Assembly (NCBI GenBank): GCA_963754925.1
Contig: CAVWHX010000004.1
Coordinates: forward strand, 160,001-224,000
Source: an uncultured delta proteobacterium
Lineage (GTDB): Bacteria > Myxococcota > B64-G9
Direction: 5' to 3'
DNA: 64,000 nucleotides
Made by a program: the position numbers and the translations under genes. Below the pieces are notes generated by a model that worked only from the letters and a program-made list of their open reading frames with translations, was not told where the DNA came from and did no database searches. Below, in pieces: positions 33,742 to 43,550 of this stretch (position 1 is its first letter; every line of letters starts with the position of its first letter).

Positions 33742-34632
33742 TTACGGCGAACCGCGCACTTCCGCCAGCGCCGCGTGGTAAAACTCGAAGCCCTTCGGAT
33801 GGGGCCCGGAACGTCCCAAATACCGCTTGCGATATTCGATGGAGTCAACATCGGTGACCAGCGAGAACCCGCGCTCGGCCAAATACTGCGCAAGCTCATC
33901 CGGATGAAAACCAAAGGTCCACGTTTCACCGGATTTCGTGAGGGTGCTCGGTATGCGTCTCAGATCCCCAAAATGAACCGAACCATCCAGCAGACCGCGG
34001 TGAATGTACGTAAATACGAGCCGACTCCCGGGCGCGGACAGAGATGCAATCGAGCGCAGCGTCAGATCAACGGCCCCTGCCGAAAGATAGTGTATGACCC
34101 CCTCCCAGATAAAGAAGGTCGCTATGTTCCGATCAAACCCCGACGTCCTGAGCACCGCCGCAAAGTCTTGCCGATCGAAATCCACTCCCACAAAGGTAAC
34201 ATATGCTGGAATTACGCTCAGCAGATGCTTCAAGTGCTTTACTTTCACGTCAAGGGTGCTCGGATGGTCGATTTCGAACACGCGGGTCCGCTCGATGCCG
34301 GCTATTCGGTAGGCGCGACAATCATACCCAACACCGAGGATCACGACCTGACAAATGCCGTCGCGGAGAGCGGCGCGGAGCTGGTCGTCGATCCAACAGG
34401 TGCGACCGATGGCCGAAGGTCGCACCCCGGGCCATTTTCTATCGATGTACCAGGGCACTAACCGGCCGAGCAATGGTAACCGAGAGAGACGGTAGGCGTA
34501 CGTTAATCGACCAAGAAATCCCGGAGAAAGAGAGTCCTCGAAGAGACGCTTATGCCGCGGGCGCCGCGACGACTCAATGGCGCGAAACAGGGCGTTATAC
34601 TCCGCTGTTTTGCTTGCTTCTCCGGGTTTCAT
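33742..34632 (-). CDS. SAM-dependent methyltransferase, LCM family
   Basis: RAIES, QVVILGVGYDCRAYR, FEIDHP, WEGVIHYL. Confidence 0.9.
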   Translation of the reverse strand: MKPGEASKTAEYNALFRAIESSRRPRHKRLFEDSLSPGFLGRLTYAYRLSRLPLLGRLVPWYIDRKWPGVRPSAIGRTCWIDDQLRAALRDGICQVVILGVGYDCRAYRIAGIERTRVFEIDHPSTLDVKVKHLKHLLSVIPAYVTFVGVDFDRQDFAAVLRTSGFDRNIATFFIWEGVIHYLSAGAVDLTLRSIASLSAPGSRLVFTYIHRGLLDGSVHFGDLRRIPSTLTKSGETWTFGFHPDELAQYLAERGFSLVTDVDSIEYRKRYLGRSGPHPKGFEFYHAALAEVRGSP

Positions 34633-34776
34633 AAGCCGTACCGTTTCCTGACCGATACTACTATCGTCAGCATTCTGAGAGAAGTTCTTATGGTTGATGT
34701 CCTATCATAACGAGTACCACGGCGCACCATTAGATTTCTCTTAACGGGAGCGAATACATCCCGGAGATAGGACAAG

Positions 34777-34805
34777 TTGACCGTTTCTGCGCGATCATCT
34801 AGATT
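34777..34805 (+). promoter_or_regulatory. Putative sigma70 promoter
   Basis: TTGACC-17bp-TAGATT, ending 6 nt before ATG 34812. Confidence 0.5.
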
Positions 34806-34811
34806 CTAGAC

Positions 34812-36573
34812 ATGGCTTCTGGTCCGTGGTTTCAGCCAGCATTGGGATTTCTTATAGTGGGACTCGTGGCATCGGGCATCGTTTGGCGGCGTTTGAGCCT
34901 CCAACGAGCCAGTCAGGTTTTCTTTACCGCCGTATTCATTTCCTTCCTGTGGCTCGCGGCGTTCAACGGACGCCCCGACTGGCCGGTCGATGCTTTTATC
35001 AAGACCGATCCGCTCTTGCTCTTTGCCACTGCCCTGGCCACCCGCACGCTGCTCACCGGCATGTGGATTGCTGCAGCGTTCGTCATCCTGGCAACAGTGA
35101 TGGGAAGGATATATTGCAGTCATATCTGTCCGCTCGGAACGCTCATTGACGTCAACGATAAACTCATCAGCCGCCAATCCAAGGCTTCGGCAAACCACAG
35201 CGCGTATCGAACCATCCGTCATGCAAAAACCGTCATACTGGTAATAACTATCGTTGCGGCCGGAGCCGGTGTCAATCTGTTGGGCTTATGCGATCCGCTG
35301 GCGATGGTTACGCGTTTTACAGCGATGGTGTTGTACCCCTTCGTCATGATCTTTCAAGACATCGGCTTAACGGTGCTGCGACCGATTGCGAGCTTCTTAG
35401 GGTTGACTGAGCTAAGTTACGCAGAGTTAATTCTGCCGTCGTTTGCGGGAGCGCTGGTCATGATGTTGCTCTTGGTCGGACTGTTGGCGCTCTCGCTTCT
35501 CACGCCGCGCTTTTGGTGTCGCTACCTGTGCCCGCTGGGCGCGCTGCTTGGCTGGCTGGGGCACTTCGCTCCCTATCGGCGTCGGGTCACCGACGTCTGC
35601 AGCGGCTGCGACCGATGCGTGCGCGAGTGCCCCACCGCAGCAATTCACCAGGATGGCGTGTGCTACGACAAGCGCGAGTGCATCGTGTGCCTGCGCTGCA
35701 CACGCAGCTGCCCTGAGAAGTCGGTTTCATTTTAACTTTGGTCTAAAAAACAAAATCCAGGAAGTTGGCGGTCCAATCCTCCGGCGACGTGCCTTCTTGG
35801 GCGGCGTAGCCGGCGGGATTGCAGTCGGCCTGGGAATGCATGCCGACCTGTTGCATTCCGCCGGGGCGCTCACACCGCTGCCCCTGCGGCACCCGACGCT
35901 GATTCGTCCGCCCGGCGCGTTGCCCGAACCGGAGTTTCTGGCGCGCTGCGTGCGGTGTGGGGAGTGTCTGCGCGCCTGTTTGACCAACACGCTCCAACCG
36001 GATTGGTACCGCGCCGGTCTCGAAGGCCTGTGGGCGCCCAGGCTGCACCTGCGGCATGCGGCTTGCGAGCAAACCTGCAATGTCTGCGGCCAGGTCTGTC
36101 CAACGGGCGCCATACGAAATCTTAGCCTGATCGAGAAGCAATACGCCAAAGTGGGCACGGCGGTATTGTTGCGCGACCGGTGCCTAGCCTGGGCCCAGAA
36201 CAAACGCTGCCAGATCTGCGACGAGCAGTGCCCCTACAACGCCATCGTGACCATCCGAGAATCTCAGCACGTGGTGGGGGTTCCGGTGATTATTCCAGAC
36301 AAATGTAATGGCTGCGGTCAGTGTGAAAACAAGTGTCCGGTGCTCGGTGAATCTGCCATTATTGTTTCGCCCCACGGCGAGTTGCGACTAACGGAAGGTT
36401 CGTACATGGCCAAGGCCAAGGAACTCGGTCTGGAGTTCGAAGCCAAGCAGACGCTTCACGATCAAATCTGGGATGAGCCGCCCGCTCAAGAACCGATATC
36501 GCCGAACGATGCGGCGGCCCCCGCTGGCTCAAAGGCCGGTTCGAAGCTACCACCGGGAATCATTCCTCAATAA
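34812..36573 (+). CDS. Membrane 4Fe-4S protein, NapH/MauN-like fused to NapG/MauM-like (frameshift at ~35730)
   Basis: GRIYCSHICPLG, RFWCRYLCPLG, CxxCxxCxxxCP repeats, IRPPGA, CVRCGECLRAC; frames join as SVSFNFGL on removing one T. Confidence 0.88.
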
Positions 36574-36654
36574 ATGTCGACCGTGCGTGCAACTAATACG
36601 AAAGTCTTTCAAGTCCAGGCCGCTCCAATTCCAGCGCCAACTACCTGACCAGGC

Positions 36655-36683
36655 TTGACTCGATCGCAAGGTTTCAATACTAT
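36655..36683 (+). promoter_or_regulatory. Putative sigma70 promoter of glg genes
   Basis: TTGACT-17bp-TACTAT. Confidence 0.65.
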
Positions 36684-36832
36684 GATGATAGTTAACACCC
36701 GGCCGACAGGCGGGAACCTGAGGTGACTCGTGGACCTGGTTTGCGGGCGGCCTAAATACCAACACAAGACCTGCAGGATCGACTTGAGCTGTATGGGTGG
36801 AATGATGAGCCTGTGGCCCGTGTGAGGAGTGC

Positions 36833-38110
36833 ATGCGCGATGTGATAGCCATGGTGTTAGCCGGCGGACGGGTTGAAGAGCTTTCGGTGCTCACCTTGAA
36901 AAGACCAAAGGCGGCGGTACCGTTTGGTGGTCAGTACCGAATCATCGACTTCTCGCTGTCGACGTTGGTCCATGCTGAAATCGAACGGATCGGTGTCGTC
37001 AGCCTCTACCGACCGTCGTCGCTCATCGATCATATCGGCACCGGCGAACCATGGGATCTGATGGGTCGGGGGCGCGGTATCAAAATACTGCCGCCGTACA
37101 AGGCGGAAGAGGACAGCCAGTGGTACCGCGGAACGGCCGATGCAGTTTTTCAAAATCTTTTCTTTATCCGCGCCCAAGCTCCCCGCGACGTACTGGTGGT
37201 ATCAGGCGATCACATCTGCGGAGTCGACTTCCGCGCCATGTTGCAAAAACACCGTGAATCAGGCGCCGATCTCACCATGGCCGTCAAGCCGATGGACCCC
37301 GAGATCGGCCGCGGTCGGTTTGGTTTTGCCGAAGTTGATGACAACGGAAAAGTAATCACCTATGAGGAGAAACCCGAACAGCCTCGTTCCAATCTAGCCT
37401 CGCTGACGATGTACCTGTTTCGCACCGAAGCGCTGGTGCAACGTCTCGAAGAAAACCGCCGCACGGGCACCACCCACCAGCTGTACGATGAAGTGTTGCC
37501 GCGTATGGTCGAGAAGGACCGGGTGTTCTCCTACTGCTATAAAGGGTATTGGAACTACACGCGCTCGGTTGACGCGTATCACCAGGCCAATATGGATCTC
37601 CTGGGCGACGAACCGCCGATTCGCCTGGACCGCTGGGGTATTCGCTCACGCCCGCATACCAAGGGATTGGGCGATCTGCCGCCGACGCGAATCGATCGTG
37701 GCGCAACCTGCATTGACTCGGTTGTCTCTCCGGGGGTGTGGGTATCCGGTACGGTGACCCGATCGGTTCTCAGTCCCGGCGTACGCATTGAAACCGGAGC
37801 TGTCGTCAGCGACAGCGTCCTGATGCACAGCGTCGTGGTGCGCTCCGGCGCACGATTGGATCGAGTGGTAGCGGATAAGCTGGTCTCGATCGGGACGAGC
37901 GCCTCCGTTGGCTCGGGGGAAGTAACGGTTCCGAACGCCGAAGTGCCCAACGCCTTGGCGAGTGGCATCACCGTCATCGGCAAGGGGGCGCAGGTGCCGA
38001 CAAACGCTCGCGTCGGTCGTAACTGCGCCATTTATCCCGATATCACTCAATCAGATTGGCAAAGCAGCTGGCTGCAAAACGGCGCCTGTTTGCATACCAC
38101 ACAAAGGTGA
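36833..38110 (+). CDS. Glucose-1-phosphate adenylyltransferase family, GlgD-like subunit
   Basis: PFGGQYRIIDF, WYRGTADA, SGDH, YEEKP, hexapeptide C-terminus; Gly loop altered to AGGRVEEL. Confidence 0.8.
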   Translation: MRDVIAMVLAGGRVEELSVLTLKRPKAAVPFGGQYRIIDFSLSTLVHAEIERIGVVSLYRPSSLIDHIGTGEPWDLMGRGRGIKILPPYKAEEDSQWYRGTADAVFQNLFFIRAQAPRDVLVVSGDHICGVDFRAMLQKHRESGADLTMAVKPMDPEIGRGRFGFAEVDDNGKVITYEEKPEQPRSNLASLTMYLFRTEALVQRLEENRRTGTTHQLYDEVLPRMVEKDRVFSYCYKGYWNYTRSVDAYHQANMDLLGDEPPIRLDRWGIRSRPHTKGLGDLPPTRIDRGATCIDSVVSPGVWVSGTVTRSVLSPGVRIETGAVVSDSVLMHSVVVRSGARLDRVVADKLVSIGTSASVGSGEVTVPNAEVPNALASGITVIGKGAQVPTNARVGRNCAIYPDITQSDWQSSWLQNGACLHTTQR

Positions 38111-38117
38111 GGATTCA

Positions 38118-39542
38118 ATGGCTCGGAGCAAACGAGGCGAAAAACCCGGCAACCGTCGGAGGAGCAAGCGTTCCGCCCCTGACGGTGCCACCAGCACCAA
38201 TGCTGAGACGCCCACAGAAACCGAAGGGTATCGGCCGACGCTGATTGAAGGAGTACAACGAGTGAACAAACCACTGGTGATGCTCTTGGCTGGCGGAGGC
38301 GGTACGCGCCTTGGCGTGCTGGTCCAGAACCGAGCCAAACCGGCGGTGCCCTTTGGCGGTTGCTATCGCATCATTGATTTTGCACTGAGCAACGTCATGC
38401 ACGCCGGCCTGGATTGGGTCGGCGTACTCACCCAGTATAAACCGCTCTCGCTGATGTCCCATATTGGAGTCGGCGAGCCGTGGAACTTCTATGGTCGCCA
38501 ACGCGGCACACGCATCCTACCGCCGCGCACCGGCGAAGCGGCCGCCGATTGGTATCAGGGGACCGCCGACGCCATTTGGCAGAATATTGACTTCATGGAA
38601 TCAATGCGACCGGAACGCGTTCTGATCCTCTCGGGCGATCATATCTATCGTATGGACTACCGCCAGATGTTGATCGATCACCTCGACCGCAAAGCCGACG
38701 CGACGATTGCCGTGATGGAGGTAGCGCCTGAGGAGGTCAGCCGTTTTGGGATGATTTGGACCGACCACCAGGGAAATATCACCCGTTTCGAAGAGAAACC
38801 GAAAAAGACTGAAACACGCCAAGCCTCGATGGGCATTTACCTGTTTGAATGGCCGTGCCTTATGCAAGCGCTGCGCGATATTGTCGGAACACGACAAGGG
38901 GTGGATTTCGGCCACGACATCATGCCCCGTATCCTGGATTCCAAGCGTATCGTGGCCCACCGGTTCGCGGGGTACTGGCGCGACGTTGGCACCATTGCAT
39001 CCTTTTTCCAAGCCAACATGGACTCTCTCGATCCACACAGCGGCCTCAATTTGGACTCATGGGAGATCTGCACCCGCGATGACAACAACCTGCTCGGCGA
39101 CAGGCCGCCGGCGCGGTTCGGCCGTATGGCGGCCTGCCACGACGTGCTCGTATCGGCCGGTTGCCGACTCGATGGGTCGGTGAGCCGCACGATTTGCTCG
39201 CCGGACGTTTCCATTTGCCGCGGGGCGAGCGTTGAGGATTCTATCTTAATGCACGGGGTCACGGTTGGGCCGGGAGCGGTGGTACGCCAGGCTATCGTCG
39301 ACAAGGGAGTGTGGATCGGCGCCGGCGCCACCCTCGACGGCGGGGATAACTCGGTCAACAATCAAGAATACCAGAAGTGCGAGCTGCACGGCATGGTCGT
39401 AGTTGGCAATAGCGTGCGCATTCCGGATGGCATTCGTATCGGACCGAATGTCGTGATCGAGGCCGGAACCGGCGCACCAGCGTTTCACGGCGACGTCAAG
39501 GCCGGCGCGACGGTCCGCAACCCAAACAAAACCGCGAGTTAA
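38118..39542 (+). CDS. glgC: Glucose-1-phosphate adenylyltransferase
   Basis: LAGGGGTRL, RAKPAVPFGG, WYQGTADA, SGDHIY, FEEKP, DFGHD, YWRDVGT. Confidence 0.9.
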   Translation: MARSKRGEKPGNRRRSKRSAPDGATSTNAETPTETEGYRPTLIEGVQRVNKPLVMLLAGGGGTRLGVLVQNRAKPAVPFGGCYRIIDFALSNVMHAGLDWVGVLTQYKPLSLMSHIGVGEPWNFYGRQRGTRILPPRTGEAAADWYQGTADAIWQNIDFMESMRPERVLILSGDHIYRMDYRQMLIDHLDRKADATIAVMEVAPEEVSRFGMIWTDHQGNITRFEEKPKKTETRQASMGIYLFEWPCLMQALRDIVGTRQGVDFGHDIMPRILDSKRIVAHRFAGYWRDVGTIASFFQANMDSLDPHSGLNLDSWEICTRDDNNLLGDRPPARFGRMAACHDVLVSAGCRLDGSVSRTICSPDVSICRGASVEDSILMHGVTVGPGAVVRQAIVDKGVWIGAGATLDGGDNSVNNQEYQKCELHGMVVVGNSVRIPDGIRIGPNVVIEAGTGAPAFHGDVKAGATVRNPNKTAS

Positions 39543-39567
39543 TCTTCTGCAGCACACAAGCCTTAGG

Positions 39568-39596
39568 TTGACAGCATGAGAAGCTGTTGCTATTCT
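39568..39596 (+). promoter_or_regulatory. Putative sigma70 promoter with internal inverted repeat
   Basis: TTGACA-17bp-TATTCT with extended -10 TG; ACAGC-N7-GCTGT overlaps it. Confidence 0.65.
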
Positions 39597-39659
39597 TGAA
39601 AATAATGTCGGGTTCATGGGTGGGTTTTTGTTATTCCCAATCGTAGGGCAGGAGGCGAG

Positions 39660-40358
39660 ATGGCTCCCTCTCACTCGAAACCGCATGAGATTTCCATTTC
39701 AGACAATCTCTGGGAGGTCTTTACCAAAATAGCCGAATATGCGGGCACAGCCATGGAGACGTTAATCAACCAGGCTATGTTTGAAATGGCGGTTAAGCTC
39801 GGCTACATCACACCGATTGCCTATGAAGCCAAACCACCCCTCAGCGAGGAAGAGCTGAGAAAAGCAAGCCCTACCGATACGTTTCCTAAATTCACTCCCG
39901 GGAGAACCAAGGAGCTCCCCAATCCGCCAGCGTCACGACTGTCCATGGGCTCGATACCAACCCCGGCCCCCATACCGGCATCGAAGACTCCGACATTTTC
40001 TTCTATCCCCTCGACGCCGGGCAAACGCCCGCCGCGGCCCTCGCCCCGGGCAACAACGAGTCCGGGAAAATTTGAAGAGAAGGGTCTCTTCGTCGTAAAC
40101 AAAGACGGCGATAGCGAAAAAATCGATAAGGACATCTTCATTATCGGCCGTTCGAGCAAGTGCGACCTCGTGATTAACTCGGTGAAAGTGTCGCGCGAAC
40201 ACGCTATCATCACCCGCGAGCGCGGCGAGTATTTCATAGAAGATCTCGGTTCCGCCAACGGCACCTGGTATCGGGGCGAGCGCATTGAAAAAATAAAGAT
40301 CAACGATGGGGATGAGGTTTTTATTTGCGATGAGAGGTTTACGTTTGTAATGCGCTAG
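39660..40358 (+). CDS. FHA domain protein
   Basis: C-terminal IIGRS..CDLVI..VSREHA..DLGSANGT; Pro/Ser/Thr linker; small N-terminal domain. Confidence 0.88.
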   Translation: MAPSHSKPHEISISDNLWEVFTKIAEYAGTAMETLINQAMFEMAVKLGYITPIAYEAKPPLSEEELRKASPTDTFPKFTPGRTKELPNPPASRLSMGSIPTPAPIPASKTPTFSSIPSTPGKRPPRPSPRATTSPGKFEEKGLFVVNKDGDSEKIDKDIFIIGRSSKCDLVINSVKVSREHAIITRERGEYFIEDLGSANGTWYRGERIEKIKINDGDEVFICDERFTFVMR

Positions 40359-40366
40359 AGGAGGTT

Positions 40367-40442
40367 CCTTCTCCCGCTCGCGGGAGAAGGCAAGAGATTC
40401 TTGCCTCGTTGAGCGAGGCTTAGAATCTCTTGGATGAGGGTG
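40367..40442. repeat. REP-like element related to 12888-12963
   Basis: Same flanks in inverted orientation and the same 40-bp hairpin (40392-40431); between convergent genes. Confidence 0.85.
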
Positions 40443-40453
40443 ATAGCAAGAGA

Positions 40454-41365
40454 TCAGCGCCGCACCGGCTGAAACTGCGGATTGGTCAGCTTCCCAATGA
40501 CCTTATAAACAATATAACCTTGTTGATCCTGGGCATTGTTCATACCACTTAAGTCGATCACTGCCTGAAACTTCGGATTCTTGGTTAAGAAGCTGGCGGA
40601 AGGCTTGAAGCGCACCCGACAATTCTGAGAAAACTGATCAAAACTCTGAGCCAATAATATATATCCCTCAACGGTAGCTTCAAAATCGTCGGACTGTTGT
40701 TTAAAAGTATTCAGTTCGGCCTTACCCTTATCGAGCTGGAGTTTGATCTGAACTTTGCCAATGCGTACAGGTGGAATGGTGAATCCGCCGCCGGTACTTT
40801 CAGCGATGGTTCCCTCGCCGATGGCAGCGTCATCAAGATCAAACTGGATGGTGCCGGTTGTGGTTTTAAGGTCTCGAGGGGCGAAATCGAGATCAATCGC
40901 AGCTGACACTTTACCCGTAACCTTCATGCCCAGCATATCGGCCAAGAGTGGAAATTTGTTCAGATCCATATGTTCTATCTGAGTACTAAATCGGGAACGT
41001 TCCCCATCGAGGCCGATGGCGCCATCGAGCGAACCCGAAAATAGTTCGCTCGCAAATGATATGTTCCGGTGTCCGATGAGCAACCCCAGCAGTGAGATGC
41101 GCGCCTTCACCCGGTCGAGAAGCATGGTGAATGCCGGCGCATCGTCCCGGCCAGCTTTGATCAGACGCACGTCGGTGGCCTCGACACCATTGGGAAACAA
41201 TACCGACATCGAGCTGGTGGTGATTTTGACGCCGAGGTCGCGCTCGATCGATGACTTCAGGTTATCGGCCAGAATCTGTATCGGGAAACCGCGCACTAAA
41301 AAGAAGACCATGCAAACGAGGAAGAACAGTGAATACAGACTGATGTTGAGGATACGTTTGGGCAT
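40454..41365 (-). CDS. gspN: Type II secretion protein GspN
   Basis: N-terminal TM followed by FP, beta-rich body; last gene of the gsp cluster. Confidence 0.75.
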   Translation of the reverse strand: MPKRILNISLYSLFFLVCMVFFLVRGFPIQILADNLKSSIERDLGVKITTSSMSVLFPNGVEATDVRLIKAGRDDAPAFTMLLDRVKARISLLGLLIGHRNISFASELFSGSLDGAIGLDGERSRFSTQIEHMDLNKFPLLADMLGMKVTGKVSAAIDLDFAPRDLKTTTGTIQFDLDDAAIGEGTIAESTGGGFTIPPVRIGKVQIKLQLDKGKAELNTFKQQSDDFEATVEGYILLAQSFDQFSQNCRVRFKPSASFLTKNPKFQAVIDLSGMNNAQDQQGYIVYKVIGKLTNPQFQPVRR

Positions 41366-41373
41366 GGTTGGCT

Positions 41374-42003
41374 CTATCTCGGCGGTTCCGCGTTCGAGGC
41401 GGACGCATCCAGGTTTATGTCTTCAGGTTTTCTCTGATCCTTTTTCTCTAACAACTGGAAGTTGGAGACGGTGAAGGATACCTCGAGCTGAGAAGGATCT
41501 TTGAAATTCTTCTTCACGTGCAGTCTGCGCACCGCGATGGTGTCGGCTTTGCGCTCGATTTCTTCGATAAGCTGCACCAACCGATCGATCGTGATGAGTG
41601 GGATATTCACCTCAACCCTGTCCTCAAAGATGTTTGAGTTTGCTTCAGGGCTCGGGCGGGACTGCATGTCCCCAATATTCACGCCGGACTGCTTGGCCAA
41701 GCCCTCGATGACGGCATACAGTTGAACAGCGCTGCCCTGGCGAATACGTTGTTCCGAGAGCAGCTGGGCCTGCCGGGCCTCCTCGAATTGCGTTCGCTTG
41801 TCGATAATCGTTTGGAGCTTGGCGGTCTTATCCTGGATCCGGTGCTCGATTGAGTTGAGCGAGCTGCTTACCAACCAGGCGATAAGGAAGGTTGCGAAAA
41901 CCACAAAGCCCACAATCGCGCCCGCCACCATATACCGCTCGCGCTGCGACAGTCGACCGACGGCCTCCAGCAGCTCTTCTATTCGCTTACTCGGGGAAAA
42001 CAT
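41374..42003 (-). CDS. gspM: Type II secretion protein GspM
   Basis: LSQRER + TM + coiled coil; position in cluster. Confidence 0.8.
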   Translation of the reverse strand: MFSPSKRIEELLEAVGRLSQRERYMVAGAIVGFVVFATFLIAWLVSSSLNSIEHRIQDKTAKLQTIIDKRTQFEEARQAQLLSEQRIRQGSAVQLYAVIEGLAKQSGVNIGDMQSRPSPEANSNIFEDRVEVNIPLITIDRLVQLIEEIERKADTIAVRRLHVKKNFKDPSQLEVSFTVSNFQLLEKKDQRKPEDINLDASASNAEPPR

Positions 42004-42017
42004 GGCGTCCTTTCAAT

Positions 42018-43536
42018 TCAGCATCCGAAAACGATGGTCATTTCAAATTCAATCTCGGATTCGTCCGGGGTCTTGCGGGTTCTGCCTTTTTGAATATCGC
42101 TGAAGCATTGATACCCCTCGAGAGCCTTTTTAATCTTGTCAACCAATTCAAAGGTGTCGGTGTAGCCCTTCACTTCAATCTTCTTCGGCTGAATATCGAT
42201 ATCCTTAAGCCGCACTCTTATGTTGGCCGGAAGGTGGCCGTGAAACTCGCGCAGAACATCCAACGCCGTTATGCGCGGCAGCGGATCGGCCCCCGGGGAA
42301 ATCTTATCCTTGATAATTGAGAGCGCGATTTCCGGGTTGTCATAGGACTTGCCGAGCAGAGACTTGGTGACTTCTTGCAGACTCTGGTCAAGAGCGCGCT
42401 CGGTTGAAGAGAGGCTCAGGCAGCGCACCACCCCCGAACCCATGGCCAGGATCATGAGTATCGCCAGTCCCGCCGCCACGCGATTGATTTTGCCGCGTAC
42501 AAATTCAGTGTCGGCGGTAAACGAAAAAGCCCCCCGGCGAAGGTTCAGCCAGCCGCGCCGACCGCCCTGGTGGGCGTGCAGAGCCAACCCCAGCGCCTTG
42601 ATCCACTCTCCCAGGTACCGGTCGTGGTTGAGCCGCTCAATGTCCGGCAGGTGCAGCTGCTCGGCGCGCACGTGTTGCGTCGGCATCGAAAGTTCCGCCG
42701 TCAAGAATTCGTCGAGATTCTGCACCGTCGCGTCGGTGCCACACAGCCATAGGGTGGCAACCGGCTGCCGATATTTCGCAGCATAGGTCGCAAACGTCTG
42801 GCGCAGCTCGCGCAGCAGCGAAGCCAGTTTCACTCGCAGAACCTCCGAAGAATATTCTTGCTCCGCCAGAACAAACGCCGGTTCGCCTGCGGTGCGCTCG
42901 ACCGGTGCGCCAGTCAGATGGCCCAACCCGGCAGAAAGCGTGCGGGCAAAGCTGACACCCTGAGCCCCAAAAACACAGACCGACGTCAACCGCCTGCCGA
43001 TGTCAACGAAAGCCGCGGCTTCGCCCTCCGGACAGGCGGGCAATAAATCGATCAGACTGGTGTACGCGAGACTTTCAACGCCCACCTGGCGCGGATCCAA
43101 CCCAACGTCTTTGAAGACCTGTAACCAACCACCCAATTTTTCAGTGGCGCAGAGCCCGACCAACATAGACACTCCCTGGGGGGTCTTCGCTACCTGCAGA
43201 TAATCGTACACGACCTCGTTCGAGGGCAAAGGGAGTCAGACTCTCCAACTCAAAACCGATGGTCTGATCAATCTTCTTGCGGTCAACAAACGGCAGATCG
43301 AGCAGGTGCAGCGATCCCTCGTCGCCGGGGATGGTGGTGGCCAGTTGGGCGCTGGGGTCCCTGAGTTCCTGAAGAGATCTCAGGGCCTCGGCCACCCGCT
43401 CGGGGTAGGGCCGCTCGTCTTGCGGGATTTGAACCCGTTGCGCATCGAGCACCGCCACCGAGCGGAATGTGCTCTGCAGCCGCACGCATCGAATGGTCTC
43501 ACTGCGAATGTCCAATCCAATACTCAATTGCGCCAT
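42018..43536 (-). CDS. gspL: Type II secretion protein GspL, PilM-like N-terminus (frameshift at ~43220)
   Basis: IGLDIR, FELESLTPF then EVVYDY in the next frame, NLRRGAF, TM, PilN-like C-terminus. Confidence 0.82.
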
Positions 43537-43550
43537 GACGCGCTCCTCAC

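Noticed and set aside
36690..36830. 6S RNA or known riboswitch
   Set aside because: Shorter than a typical 6S RNA and no recognisable conserved motifs; kept only as an unassigned structured leader.
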